A stretch of 64,000 nt of DNA, from contig JAJRVD010000027.1 of the NCBI GenBank assembly GCA_024277375.1, forward strand, positions 19,063 to 83,062, in the 5' to 3' direction. The notes beneath the pieces are model-generated. The model saw only the letters and a program-made list of their open reading frames with translations. It did not search any database and was not told the DNA's origin. This stretch comes from Candidatus Omnitrophota bacterium (GTDB lineage: Bacteria; Omnitrophota; Gorgyraeia; Tantalellales; Tantalellaceae). The position numbers were made by a program, and so were the translations under genes. This document shows, piece by piece, positions 34,950 to 45,030 of this stretch (its first letter is position 1; each line of letters begins with the position of its first letter).

Positions 34950-36290
34950 ATGGAAGCTCACACCGATACTATTACCTATCTCAATTCTTTGATCAATTAT
35001 GAGAAGAGCGGGTTTGGCCCGGATTGTAAACATTTTGATCTGGATAAATTGCGCGTGGTTCTTGAAAAATCAGGGAATCCCCATCATGATTACAGGTGTG
35101 TGCATGTTGCCGGGACAAAAGGCAAGGGGTCCATATGTGAATTTGCCTCAGGTATTTTGCAAGCATCTGGCTATAGGGTGGGTCTATTTACTTCACCTCA
35201 TCTTAGTTCTCCGAACGAAAGAATAAAGATAAACGGAAATATGATACGCGATGATGACATTGCCGGCGTGGTCAGTTGTCTGAGGGAACATCTGGGGCAC
35301 GCGGAAGGTGAGTTCACTTTTTTCGAGGTATATACGCTGCTTGCCTTGTTATATTTCAGCAAAGAAAAAGTAGATCATGCTATTTTTGAAGTGGGTCTTG
35401 GGGGACGGTTAGACGCTACCAATGTGATATTTCCGGACGTGTGCGCCATTAGTCCTGTAAGTTACGATCATATGGAAGTTTTGGGCTCTAAGATCGATGA
35501 GATAGCTATTGAGAAAGCGGCGATAATAAAAAAAGGCACACATTGTGTAAGTGCCGAGCAGATCCCATCGGTTTTGAATGTTATAGATAAAAGATGCCGG
35601 GAGGTCGGGGCATCTTTGTCTGTTGTCGGCAAGGATATAACGTATAAGCCTACCAGTTTATCCGAGGTCGGAAGCTGTTTTGACGTAATAAGCAGGGACA
35701 CGGCGCGCCGTGCCCCTGCCATAAAAAGATACGAGGGATGCAAGGCGAATATGCCCGGTGAGTTCCAAGTTTCTAATGCCGCCACGGCTGTAGGTATATG
35801 TGAAAAACTTCTCGGCGCAGAAAAAACGGATATGGAGGCGTTTAAGCGCGGTATCCAGAACGCGTTTCTCCCCGGGAGATTGGAGACCTTGTGTCGGTGT
35901 CCTGCAATTGTTATTGATGGCGCCCAAAATGGTGCCAGCGCGGAACATCTGAAATATTCTGTTGAACAAATCTTCAAATATGATAAATTAATACTCCTCC
36001 TGGGGATCTCGGACGATAAATACGTAAAAAGTGTATGTCGCGAGCTTGTGCCTATAGCGGATGAAATAATACTTACTCGTTAGTCTAGCAGTCGAGCTAC
36101 GGATCCACACTTGATAAGAGGCCATATAAGAGGTAAGCGAGTTAATGTAACTAAAAACACGATCGAAGCTCTGGGGTTGGCGCTTAAGACCGCCGGAGAA
36201 AATGATATGATCCTGGCGACGGGGTCGTTTTTTTTGATTGGAGAAGTTAGGGGATTAGTATTAGCACAACAAATTCAAACGACACAATAG
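34950..36290 (+). CDS. folC: Folylpolyglutamate synthase/dihydrofolate synthase FolC with a single in-frame TAG at 36081-36083
   Basis: The Mur-ligase P-loop VHVAGTKGKGS is present. The same frame continues past the TAG for 68 codons. These encode the conserved FolC C-terminus ...[34 protein letters not shown], consistent with the VLVCGSFHTVAHV end of E. coli FolC. The track ORF stops at 36083. Confidence 0.8.
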
Positions 36291-37657
36291 CGGCGATATC
36301 TACACCTCTCGGAGAGGGGGGTATCGGGGTAATACGTCTAAGCGGAAAAGACTCTCTCGAGATCGCGGATAAGATCTTCTCTTCGCCCAAGGATAAGGGT
36401 TTATCTTCTTCAGAGAGTCATACGGTGCGTTATGGACATATTAAATCCCCTTCAAGCGGTGAGATCGTGGACGAGGTTCTCCTTACCGTTCTTCGCGCTC
36501 CAAGAACTTACACCGCTGAAGATGTCATCGAAATAAGCTGTCATGGCGGCACCATGTCCCTGAAGAAGGTACTTGAGCTGTGTCTTACCGAAGGTGCGCG
36601 TCTGGCGGAACCCGGCGAATTTACCAAACGCGCTTTTTTAAGCGGCAGGATCGATCTGTCTCAGGCGGAAGCGGTATTGGATATTATCAAGTCTGAAACA
36701 GATACTTCTCGCAAGGTTTCTGTCGATCAGCTTCGCGGTGTTTTTTCTGAGGAGATCCGCGCTTTACGTGCGGCTATCGTGGAAACCCTCGCTCTTATTG
36801 AGCTGACGATCGACTTTTCTCAGGAGGACGTGGATTTTCCTGAACCTGAAGAGACGATCGAAAAAATAAATGATATAAATCAGTCGCTTCAAAAGGTTCT
36901 CGGGACTTATGACAAGGGGATGATCCTGCGTCAGGGGGCTAGTGTTGTTATCTGCGGAAGACCAAATGTAGGCAAATCGAGCCTTATGAACGCTTTGTTA
37001 AAACATGACAGGGTAATAGTAACTCCTGTCGCCGGGACGACCAGAGATGTGATAGAGGAGTCCATAGACCTGTCGGGAGTTAAAGTAAGGTTATCTGATA
37101 CGGCAGGCATAATAGAAACTCGCGACAGAGTCGAAGTCGAGGGCATAAAGCGATCAAAGGAAAAATTAGAAGCTGCGGATATTGTTATCTTTATGTTGGA
37201 CTATAGCCGTGTTTTTTCTGAAAAAGACGCGGCCATATTCAATACTATCAAGGACAAAAAGGTTGTCGTGGTTGTGAATAAGACAGATCTTTCCGGAAAA
37301 CTCAGGATCAAAGAAGTTAAAGAAATGTTGGGTGTCAAAAATACCGTGGAACTGTCGGTTCTGAAAAATAAAGGTATTGAAGAACTGGAAGACGCCATAG
37401 CGGAAAAACTTTTTGAAGGCAAAAGCGGTATTCCGGAAGGTCCCATAGTTACGAATATGCGGCATAAAACGCTTTTGGAGAAAGCTGTCAGGAGTATGGA
37501 CAGATGTATTAAAGAAGCGATAGATAAAGAGTTTAAAAGTGAACTGGTTGCCAGCGACCTTAATGACGTGGTTTATCATCTTGGCCTTATCATAGGTGAA
37601 TCCGTCAGTGACGACGTGCTGGACAAGATATTCTCACAGTTCTGTGTGGGCAAATGA
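36260..37657 (+). CDS. mnmE: tRNA modification GTPase MnmE (TrmE); probable non-canonical ATT start
   Basis: The conserved N-terminus [23 protein letters not shown], the G domain [16 protein letters not shown] and the C-terminal CVGK are present. There is no ATG, GTG or TTG in frame between the upstream stop (36248) and the conserved N-terminus. ATT at 36260 is preceded by AGGGGA 5 nt upstream. The track ORF starts at an internal GTG (36425). Confidence 0.8.
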   Translation: MSTTNSNDTIAAISTPLGEGGIGVIRLSGKDSLEIADKIFSSPKDKGLSSSESHTVRYGHIKSPSSGEIVDEVLLTVLRAPRTYTAEDVIEISCHGGTMSLKKVLELCLTEGARLAEPGEFTKRAFLSGRIDLSQAEAVLDIIKSETDTSRKVSVDQLRGVFSEEIRALRAAIVETLALIELTIDFSQEDVDFPEPEETIEKINDINQSLQKVLGTYDKGMILRQGASVVICGRPNVGKSSLMNALLKHDRVIVTPVAGTTRDVIEESIDLSGVKVRLSDTAGIIETRDRVEVEGIKRSKEKLEAADIVIFMLDYSRVFSEKDAAIFNTIKDKKVVVVVNKTDLSGKLRIKEVKEMLGVKNTVELSVLKNKGIEELEDAIAEKLFEGKSGIPEGPIVTNMRHKTLLEKAVRSMDRCIKEAIDKEFKSELVASDLNDVVYHLGLIIGESVSDDVLDKIFSQFCVGK

Positions 37658-37674
37658 CGCATAAAGGAGTGATC

Positions 37675-38244
37675 ATGGATAAAGAAAAAATAAAAAAGGC
37701 AATAAGAGACATCTTAGAAGCGGTAGGTGACGATCCGGAAAGAGAGGGCCTTAAAAATACCCCTGAGAGGGTCGCGAATATGTATGAAGAGATCCTGGGC
37801 GGTATGCATCGTTCGGTCGATGATGACCTTAAGGTGTTTTTTGAGCAGGAGCATGACGAGATCATTCTTCTTAAAGACATACCTCTATACTCTCTATGTG
37901 AGCATCATATGGTTCCGTTTATGGGTAAAGCCCATGTGGCATACATACCTGACGCGAACAGAATAACGGGACTTAGTAAAATCGCGAGGGTTGTTGATAC
38001 TCTCTCCAGGAGGCTTCAAGTGCAGGAACGGCTCACGACGGAAATAGCCGGTGTGCTGATGAGAAAGCTTAAACCGAAAGGTGTACTTGTGGTGATAGAG
38101 GCGGAACATCTTTGTATGAGCATGAGAGGTGTAAAAAAACCCGGAGTTCTCACTACCACAAGTGCCGTTAAGGGAATATTTCGTACAAGTCAGAAAACGC
38201 GAATGGAAGCGTTATCCTTAATAGGTCAGCCGAGAAGGTGGTAA
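37675..38244 (+). CDS. folE: GTP cyclohydrolase I FolE
   Basis: The region contains CEHHMVPF, and a Cys-containing C-terminal region is present. An AAAGGAG RBS precedes the ATG at 37675. Confidence 0.9.
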   Translation: MDKEKIKKAIRDILEAVGDDPEREGLKNTPERVANMYEEILGGMHRSVDDDLKVFFEQEHDEIILLKDIPLYSLCEHHMVPFMGKAHVAYIPDANRITGLSKIARVVDTLSRRLQVQERLTTEIAGVLMRKLKPKGVLVVIEAEHLCMSMRGVKKPGVLTTTSAVKGIFRTSQKTRMEALSLIGQPRRW

Positions 38245-38347
38245 TTGATGGATTTTGAAAGACAGTTTGCCTTTTGGGCGTTATTATAATATAATTACAG
38301 CGTATAACCTGACCCACATGTCATTAAAACGTGGAAATTCGTAAAAT

Positions 38348-38809
38348 ATGGAAACACACGGTATTTTTTACCAATTCTTTCATAACCCGGTTGTCGGGGC
38401 TACCTTTTTGGGTTGGTTCATAGCCCAGACTGTTAAGGTGGTCGTTGGTGTTGTGAAGGAGAGGCGATTTAACTTTAAATGGTTCGTGGGCACCGGAGGT
38501 ATGCCGAGTTCACACGCGGCCGGGGTGACGGCTATGGCCACCAGCGTGGGGTTGTATGAAGGTACGGGGACGGCGATCTTTGGTGTAACACTTATGTTTA
38601 CGGTTGTAGTTATCTGTGATGCCCAGGGGGTCAGGCGAGCGACCGGACAACAGGCCGAGATATTGAATAGGATCATGGAAGATATCTACTGGAAGAAGAA
38701 GATCCAGGAGAATCGTCTTAAGGAGCTTATCGGGCATACTCCGATACAGGTAATAGCGGGCATTTTTCTCGGGCTTTTTGTGGGTTTTGTGTTGTATTGG
38801 ATGGGGTAA
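38348..38809 (+). CDS. Divergent PAP2-family membrane protein (DUF212-like)
   Basis: GMPSSHAAGVTAMATSVG lies in a small four-TM protein. The pattern is that of the acid-phosphatase/vanadium-haloperoxidase-related divergent PAP2 family. Confidence 0.55.
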   Translation: METHGIFYQFFHNPVVGATFLGWFIAQTVKVVVGVVKERRFNFKWFVGTGGMPSSHAAGVTAMATSVGLYEGTGTAIFGVTLMFTVVVICDAQGVRRATGQQAEILNRIMEDIYWKKKIQENRLKELIGHTPIQVIAGIFLGLFVGFVLYWMG

Positions 38810-38817
38810 AAGGAGAT

Positions 38818-39747
38818 ATGATTAATCGTAGACTTTTATTGATTCTTATAACCATTATCGCGGTTTTGGCGACCGGATGGTCTTTTGTAGCGCTGAATGG
38901 GGAACGAAGTAAGGTCCCTATAGAGCGTCTGGATAAAGCGGAGCTTGTGTATTCCAGAGCTGAGAGTTTCCTGAAAGGTGCCGATCAGGAGAAAGCGATA
39001 AACGCTTTTATAACGACTGTTAACCAGTACTCGGGCTCTAAATACGCCGAAAAAGCTCTAAGGAAACTGGCATCCATTAGTGTCGGTGACGACGACTACA
39101 AAAAGGCTAATTACTATTACAAACGTCTTTTAAAAGCTTTTCCGGAGATAAAAGATGGAGATCAGATACGTTCCTCTATCGACGAACTTAATGTTAAAAT
39201 GATACAGTCGGCTCTTGTGACTGAAGACAGTATAGAATATGTGGTCCAATCGGGAGATACACTTTTTGTTATAGCAAAAAGATTCAATACGACCGTTGAG
39301 TTGATCAAAAAAACTAATAATCTCAGCAATGATATCATAAGGCTTGGTCAAAAACTAAAGATAATTATTTCTAAATTCTCTATTTTTGTCGATAAATCCG
39401 ACAATATGCTTATACTTAAAAAAGACGGAGAACCGTTTAAGACGTATATGGTGTCCACCGGAAGAAACAACTCAACTCCGGTGGGAGTGTTCACTGTTAC
39501 TGACAAGATGATAAAACCTCCATGGACAAAGCCGGGAGTCGGGATAATTACGGCTGATAGCGACGAATACGAGCTGGGAGAACGATGGATAGCTATATCC
39601 GCTCAGGGGTATGGAATACATGGAACCAATGACGAGAATTCAATAGGTGGACAGGTTACAGCCGGATGTGTGCGAATGCATAATGACGAGGTTATAGAGC
39701 TTTATGATATAATCCCCAGGGGCACAGAGGTAGAAATAATTGATTAA
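38818..39747 (+). CDS. L,D-transpeptidase with LysM domain
   Basis: LysM: YVVQSGDTLFVIAKRFNTTVELIKKTNNL. YkuD catalytic domain: HGTNDENSIGGQVTAGCVRMHNDEV (the H...GC.R catalytic pair). An AAGGAG RBS precedes the ATG at 38818. N-terminal TM anchor. Confidence 0.75.
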   Translation: MINRRLLLILITIIAVLATGWSFVALNGERSKVPIERLDKAELVYSRAESFLKGADQEKAINAFITTVNQYSGSKYAEKALRKLASISVGDDDYKKANYYYKRLLKAFPEIKDGDQIRSSIDELNVKMIQSALVTEDSIEYVVQSGDTLFVIAKRFNTTVELIKKTNNLSNDIIRLGQKLKIIISKFSIFVDKSDNMLILKKDGEPFKTYMVSTGRNNSTPVGVFTVTDKMIKPPWTKPGVGIITADSDEYELGERWIAISAQGYGIHGTNDENSIGGQVTAGCVRMHNDEVIELYDIIPRGTEVEIID

Positions 39748-39760
39748 GAGGTGCAAATTA

Positions 39761-39835
39761 ACGTAGGAGCCGCCTCTGGCGGCGAATTGTAAATAATGTT
39801 CGCGGAATATCACCGAAGGTGATACCGCTCCCACG
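39761..39835. repeat. Inverted doublet of REP family B variants (acgtaggagccgcctctggcggcgaa ... ccgaaggtgataccgctcccacg)
   Basis: Same architecture as 32522-32609. It lies between the L,D-transpeptidase and accA. Confidence 0.6.
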
Positions 39836-39852
39836 AAATATGGAGAGTTGAA

Positions 39853-40809
39853 ATGGCGATAGTTCTGGATTTTGAAAAACCTATAATTGAGCTGGAAGAC
39901 AAGATAGAAGAGCTTAAAAAATTTACCAGCAAAGAAGATATAGATCTTTCCGCTGAGATAGTAAGCCTTACCAGGAGATTGGAACGGCTCAAAAAAGAGA
40001 TCTTTGAGAATCTGACTTCGTGGCAAAGGGTTTTACTGTCACGTCACCCGGAACGTCCGTATACACTTGATTATATAGGTCTGATCATGGATGAGTTCGT
40101 TGAAATACATGGAGACCGACATTTTTCCGATGATAAAGCTCTCATCGCTGGATTAGCTGAGATGGATGGGCAGAAGTTGATGGTGATGGGGCATCAGAAA
40201 GGGCGTGAGACAACCGAGAATCTGGAAAGGAATTTCGGGTGCGCGCATCCTGAAGGATACCGTAAAGCGATGCGGCTTATGCGTTTGGCGGAGAAATTTG
40301 AGATCCCGATAGTTACTTTCATAGATACGCCGGGGGCTTACCCGGGGGTGGGGGCTGAAGAACGTGGGCAAGCTGAGGCCATAGCTTATAATTTGAGAGA
40401 AATGGCGGGATTAAAAGTTCCGGTTGTTGTGGTGGTAATAGGTGAAGGCGGTTCCGGTGGAGCTCTTGGTATAGGTGTAGGCGATAAAATATTTGTTTTG
40501 GAAAACGCGTATTATTCGGTCATATCTCCGGAAGGATGCGCGGCTATTTTGTGGAGAGAGCGTTCGAAAGCGCCGGCGGCCGCTAAAGCACTCAGGCTAA
40601 CGGCACCGGAACTCCTTGAACTCGGAATAATCGATGGCATGATCAAGGAATCTCTGGGCGGTGCTCATAGGAACTCGGCAAAAACGGCAGCTCGCATAAA
40701 ATCGGCGATAAAAAAGAGTTTGCAGGAGCTATCTGTGCTTTCTCCCGACGAATTAGTGCAGCAGCGGTATGAAAAATACAGAGAAATGGGTGAGTATAGA
40801 GAGAGTTAA
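39853..40809 (+). CDS. accA: Acetyl-CoA carboxylase carboxyltransferase subunit alpha
   Basis: [66 protein letters not shown] matches AccA nearly motif for motif. 318 aa. Confidence 0.9.
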   Translation: MAIVLDFEKPIIELEDKIEELKKFTSKEDIDLSAEIVSLTRRLERLKKEIFENLTSWQRVLLSRHPERPYTLDYIGLIMDEFVEIHGDRHFSDDKALIAGLAEMDGQKLMVMGHQKGRETTENLERNFGCAHPEGYRKAMRLMRLAEKFEIPIVTFIDTPGAYPGVGAEERGQAEAIAYNLREMAGLKVPVVVVVIGEGGSGGALGIGVGDKIFVLENAYYSVISPEGCAAILWRERSKAPAAAKALRLTAPELLELGIIDGMIKESLGGAHRNSAKTAARIKSAIKKSLQELSVLSPDELVQQRYEKYREMGEYRES

Positions 40810-40812
40810 AAT

Positions 40813-41223
40813 ATGAAACAAAAAACAAGCATAGCAAATGATAGCAACCTTTTAAAAGAAGTCAGCAAGGACCTGATAAGCGCCTTGAAAGATAAAGAGG
40901 TCGTTGAAGAGATCATTTTTGATATTCATGTGGCTTTTGAAGAAGCCTTACGCAATGCCATGATCCATGGTAATAAGAATGATCCGGATAAAGAGGTTAG
41001 TGTGGAAATAGAACTATCGGACGATGCTGTAACTATTTGCATTGAAGACGAGGGAGAGGGCTTCGACCCGGATAAATTACCGGATCCGACGTTTGGTGAG
41101 AATTTACTCAAAGAAAGCGGACGCGGGGTATATCTCATGCGACACCTTATGGATGAAGTGGAACATGAGAATGATGGCAGAAAAGTAGTTATGAAGAAAC
41201 TTTTCGAAAAAAAACATTTGTAA
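40813..41223 (+). CDS. Anti-sigma-factor-type serine kinase (RsbW/SpoIIAB-like HATPase)
   Basis: N-box EALRNAMIHGN and G-box ICIEDEGEGFDPD are present. The 136-aa size is typical of RsbW. Confidence 0.7.
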   Translation: MKQKTSIANDSNLLKEVSKDLISALKDKEVVEEIIFDIHVAFEEALRNAMIHGNKNDPDKEVSVEIELSDDAVTICIEDEGEGFDPDKLPDPTFGENLLKESGRGVYLMRHLMDEVEHENDGRKVVMKKLFEKKHL

Positions 41224-41240
41224 AAATAGATGGAGGCAAA

Positions 41241-41573
41241 ATGCAGATCAACCTGGAAGAAAAAAATGACATAGCCGTTTATCGTGTAACGGGTGATATC
41301 GACATCGAGTCGTCTCCGGAGGTTAAAAAATTTTTTGATAAAGTAGCGAAAGAACAAAGGAGCAAGGTTCTGGTCAACTTAAAGGAAGTGAATTATGTTG
41401 ATTCGTCCGGTCTTGCCACGCTGGTTGAGATATTCAAGAACCTTCGAACATATGGAGGGAAACTTAAACTATCGAATCTTTCCGCTAAAGTTAATGGTCT
41501 TTTTGAAATAACAAAGCTGGACAAGCTGTTTGATATTTCCGAAGAAGAGGATGACGCTTTAAGCTCGTTCTAA
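41241..41573 (+). CDS. STAS-domain anti-sigma-factor antagonist (RsbV/SpoIIAA-like)
   Basis: 110 aa. The phosphorylatable Ser context is VNYVDSSGLATLVEI. Confidence 0.75.
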   Translation: MQINLEEKNDIAVYRVTGDIDIESSPEVKKFFDKVAKEQRSKVLVNLKEVNYVDSSGLATLVEIFKNLRTYGGKLKLSNLSAKVNGLFEITKLDKLFDISEEEDDALSSF

Positions 41574-41593
41574 ATCAGTGTAGGATTAAAAAC

Positions 41594-42391
41594 ATGAATA
41601 ATCCAATAGCCGCTATAGGCAGAGTATCAATTAATGTTTTTCAGGATACGATCAAAATACTGGGTCTTTTTTTTAATACGATCTGGTGGATAATTGTTGG
41701 TCCGTTTAAAGGAAAAACCGCCAGTCGCACGAGTGTTTTTGAACAGCTGGTATTCGCGGGGACCCAATCCGTCATTATCGTCTTTTTTATAACCTTTTTC
41801 ACCGGTATAGTTATAGCTATGCAGAGCGCTTATCAGCTTAAACAACTGGGTGCTGTAATATATGTCGCGCCCATGGTAAGCATAAGCATGGCGAGAGAAT
41901 TAGGCCCGGTGTTTGCCGCGTTAGTTGTTACCGGGAGAGTCGGCTCGGCTATTACAGCGGAACTCGGTACAATGAAGGTTTCTGAGCAGATAGAAGCATT
42001 AGAGACAATAGCGCTTGATCCGGTCAGATATCTTGTGGTTCCTCGTTTTCTGGCATTATTGATCATGTTGCCGTGTCTGACTATCATGGGGGACCTGATG
42101 GGGATATTGGGTGGCTTGGTCGTAGGAGTGTTTAACCTCAACATTAACCCATATAGATATGTTACTTTCTCATTCGACCTTATGACCTGGAAAGACATAT
42201 GGACGGGTTTGGTGAAAAGCGGAGCGTTCGCGATCATTATATCGCTAATTTCATGTCATGTAGGGTTGGAGACCCGCGGCGGCGCGGAAGGTGTTGGAAA
42301 ATCTACAACGCTAAGTGTTGTTTTAAGTTTTATTTTGATTATTTTGTTCGATTGTATTTTGACGGGAATATTTTTCTTTTCTAACATGTAA
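41594..42391 (+). CDS. mlaE: Phospholipid ABC transporter permease MlaE
   Basis: A 265-aa polytopic MlaE/Ttg2B-type permease. It is followed by the mlaF and mlaD homologues. Confidence 0.8.
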   Translation: MNNPIAAIGRVSINVFQDTIKILGLFFNTIWWIIVGPFKGKTASRTSVFEQLVFAGTQSVIIVFFITFFTGIVIAMQSAYQLKQLGAVIYVAPMVSISMARELGPVFAALVVTGRVGSAITAELGTMKVSEQIEALETIALDPVRYLVVPRFLALLIMLPCLTIMGDLMGILGGLVVGVFNLNINPYRYVTFSFDLMTWKDIWTGLVKSGAFAIIISLISCHVGLETRGGAEGVGKSTTLSVVLSFILIILFDCILTGIFFFSNM

Positions 42392-42400
42392 ATTCCTCAC

Positions 42401-42553
42401 ATAACTTACGCGACCGAAGGAAGCGTAAGTTATAAGTGGGGAATTTATCCTGAGCGAACGAACGAAGTGAGAGAGCCGAAGGATCTCATTCCAGATTCTT
42501 CGCTTCGCTCAGAATGACAGGAGTAGAGATTGCACGGGCCTGCGGCCCGCGCA
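42401..42553. repeat. Cluster of three hairpins between mlaE and mlaF, including an inverted doublet of REP family C (42445-42521)
   Basis: First hairpin: ataacttacgc..gcgtaagttat (42401-42433). Family C doublet: atcctgagcgaacgaacgaag...cttcgcttcgctcagaatgacagg. Third hairpin: gggcctgcggcccgcgc (42536-42553). Confidence 0.6.
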
Positions 42554-42593
42554 ATGAGGACATGACGAAAAGGCGAAACACAACAAGAATATC

Positions 42594-43394
42594 ATGGAAA
42601 ATAGAGAAGTAGTGATAGAAGTAAAAGATCTGGTGCGTAAGTTCGGAGACAGGACCGTTCTTAACGGAGTTAATCTCAAGGTGCATAGAGGTGAGATATT
42701 CGTTATTATGGGTGGTTCCGGATGCGGGAAAAGCACGCTTTTACGCCATATTATAGGTAATTTAAAACCCACATCGGGAAGGGTCGAATTGCTGGGTACG
42801 GATATTACGGACTTTTATGGGACAGAACTGGATGGTGTGCGCAAAAAGATAGGCATGTCATTCCAGTCTTCAGCGCTTTTTGACTCAATGACGGTTGCCG
42901 AGAATGTGAGTCTTCCCCTGAGAGAGCATACAAAACTCGAACAAAGCGTTATAGATATAATGGTGAAGATGAAGCTGGAGCTTGTGGGGCTCAGAGGGTT
43001 TGAAGACCTGTTGCCCAGTGAGATATCCGGTGGGATGAAAAAACGTGTGGGTCTTGCGCGCGCGATCGCCATGGACCCTGAAATTATTTTTTATGATGAA
43101 CCGACGGCCGGGTTGGATCCCATCGTCGCGGCAGTTGTAGATAAGCTTATTATCGACCTTGCCCGTAAACTTGCTATTACAAGTGTTGTTGTTACGCACG
43201 ATATGAAAAGCGTTATGACTATCGCGGATAGTGTAGCGATGCTTTACGAGGGGAAAGTGCTGGAAACCGGGACGGTAGAGGAGATAAAAAATTCAAAGAA
43301 TGAGATGGTTCAACAGTTCATTAATGGTGATCCGGACGGCCCTATACGATTTTTTCAACAGAAAGACGATTATTTAGAGCATTTAACGCAATAA
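42594..43394 (+). CDS. mlaF: Phospholipid ABC transporter ATP-binding protein MlaF
   Basis: Walker A GGSGCGKSTLL, signature LSGGMKKRVGLARA and Walker B IIFYDEPTAGLD are present. Confidence 0.85.
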   Translation: MENREVVIEVKDLVRKFGDRTVLNGVNLKVHRGEIFVIMGGSGCGKSTLLRHIIGNLKPTSGRVELLGTDITDFYGTELDGVRKKIGMSFQSSALFDSMTVAENVSLPLREHTKLEQSVIDIMVKMKLELVGLRGFEDLLPSEISGGMKKRVGLARAIAMDPEIIFYDEPTAGLDPIVAAVVDKLIIDLARKLAITSVVVTHDMKSVMTIADSVAMLYEGKVLETGTVEEIKNSKNEMVQQFINGDPDGPIRFFQQKDDYLEHLTQ

Positions 43395-43409
43395 AAGAAG
43401 GAGATAAAA

Positions 43410-44003
43410 ATGAGATTTAACAATGAAATAAAAGCCGGGATAGTTGTTGCGGCAGCGATCGCCGCGGGGATGCTTTTCTTTCTTAAAACAGGGACAAATT
43501 ATACTGAGACATATGAGGTGAAGACATATTTTCAATACGCCGGAAATCTTACTGCTGATGCTACAGTGAAACTCGCGGGAATTGAAGTGGGTAGGCTTAA
43601 AGAAATGAAATTCGTGTATACTCCCGAGACGAAAGTTGAGTGTATTCTTGAAATTGACGGAGTGGCGAGAATACGAGAGGATTCGCTTGCCTACATAGAT
43701 ACCGCGGGTTTCGTGGGCGACGCGTATATCGGTATTACCGCGGGAGAATCTTCTGAATTTTTGAAGGCTGGAACCACACTCAATAGTGAAGATCCGGTCC
43801 AGATGCGGCTTTTGATGAAAAAGGCTGATGATATTACGAAGAATCTGGATAGTATTCTTGTCGATATCAAATCTATTGTTTCCGATAATAAGGGGAACAT
43901 AGATGATATCGTAGTCAACTTAGAAGCTACTACTGAGAATTTCAAGGAATTCAGCGAGGATGTTAAAAAACATCCGTGGAAACTCATGTTCAAAGGGGAA
44001 TAG
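43410..44003 (+). CDS. mlaD: MCE-domain substrate-binding protein MlaD
   Basis: An N-terminal TM anchor and the MCE domain VKLAGIEVGRLKEMKF are present. It lies in an operon with mlaE and mlaF. Confidence 0.75.
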   Translation: MRFNNEIKAGIVVAAAIAAGMLFFLKTGTNYTETYEVKTYFQYAGNLTADATVKLAGIEVGRLKEMKFVYTPETKVECILEIDGVARIREDSLAYIDTAGFVGDAYIGITAGESSEFLKAGTTLNSEDPVQMRLLMKKADDITKNLDSILVDIKSIVSDNKGNIDDIVVNLEATTENFKEFSEDVKKHPWKLMFKGE

Positions 44004-44012
44004 TATATAAAC

Positions 44013-44528
44013 ATGATAAAAAAAATTATCATATGTGTTGCCTTCCTCTTAAGCCTGACTTATCTTACGTACGCCTCTAGCGATACGATCGTAATACTTT
44101 CTTTTGCCGGTGATGTGAAAATCATACCTTCCGGCGGAACAGATCCTGTTTTTTGTAATCCCGGTATGATATTGAAAGAAGGGACGCGTATTATTACGGG
44201 AGAAGAATCCTATCTTGAAATGGCTTTTGATAGATCCAGCCGAAACATCGTAATAGTAAAAGAGAACAGCGAAGTCGTCATTAGGCTGGACGGGATAGAC
44301 AAGATCAGTCTTATAGACGGTAAAATGTATACGCTTCTGCGGGAGCTTAAGAAAGGCGCGACTTTCAGGGTCCGGACACCAAGTGCCATATGCGGTGCTC
44401 GTGGTACCGGATGGAGCGTGTCGGCGGATGAAAACGTAACAGAGATCATATCTTTTGACGGCAGGGTTTTTGTTCGGGGCATAAACAGTGACGGGTCGGG
44501 AGCGGAAGAAGAGGTCTGGATCGAGTAA
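44013..44528 (+). CDS. Secreted FecR-domain protein (171 aa)
   Basis: A signal peptide is followed by the FecR-domain pattern GDVKIIPSGG...LKEGTRIITGEESYLEMAFDRSSRNIVIVKENSEV...FRVRTPSAICGARGTGWSV. Confidence 0.6.
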   Translation: MIKKIIICVAFLLSLTYLTYASSDTIVILSFAGDVKIIPSGGTDPVFCNPGMILKEGTRIITGEESYLEMAFDRSSRNIVIVKENSEVVIRLDGIDKISLIDGKMYTLLRELKKGATFRVRTPSAICGARGTGWSVSADENVTEIISFDGRVFVRGINSDGSGAEEEVWIE

Positions 44529-44872
44529 GGATATTCCAGGAAGATAAGAAAGTTCGAACGCCCCGGTAAAATGGAGAAGGTATCAGAAGCTAAGCTATCA
44601 GACTTGTTGGCGGAATTCGGGATCAAGAAAAACATACAAGATCATGACAAAATAAAAGCTATCAGTAAAATGCAGCGGATGAGAGAGGAACACACCGAAC
44701 ATTTGCTTGAGAAAAAAGATGAGAGTAGGTTTGATCAGATGCGTGATGATAAAAAAAATGACAGATCCTCGGGCGGCGGTCAGAAACACTAGGGTTAGAT
44801 TGGTCACACTGCCAAGTGGTCAATAAATAGGCTTGTGCAAAATGGAACTTTTGTTATTCAGGGTGTGTCGTA

Positions 44873-44977
44873 ATTCGTTTTGCGGATGACAGCATACAAC
44901 ATATTGTAGGGGTTCGATTCATCGAACCCGATATAACGGGCTTGATAAATCAAGCCCGTACATTATGACACAGTCTG
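44873..44977 (+). repeat. Family D structured repeat, copy 3
   Basis: gtgtgtcgtaattcgttttgcggatgacagcatacaacatattgtaggggttcgattcatcgaacccgatataacgggcttgataaatcaagcccgtacattatgacacagtctg. It lies between the two FecR-domain paralogues. Confidence 0.7.
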
Positions 44978-45030
44978 ATAAAAAACAGCGTTTCGCACAA
45001 GTCTAGTCAATGAATACAAAGGAGGGTGAT

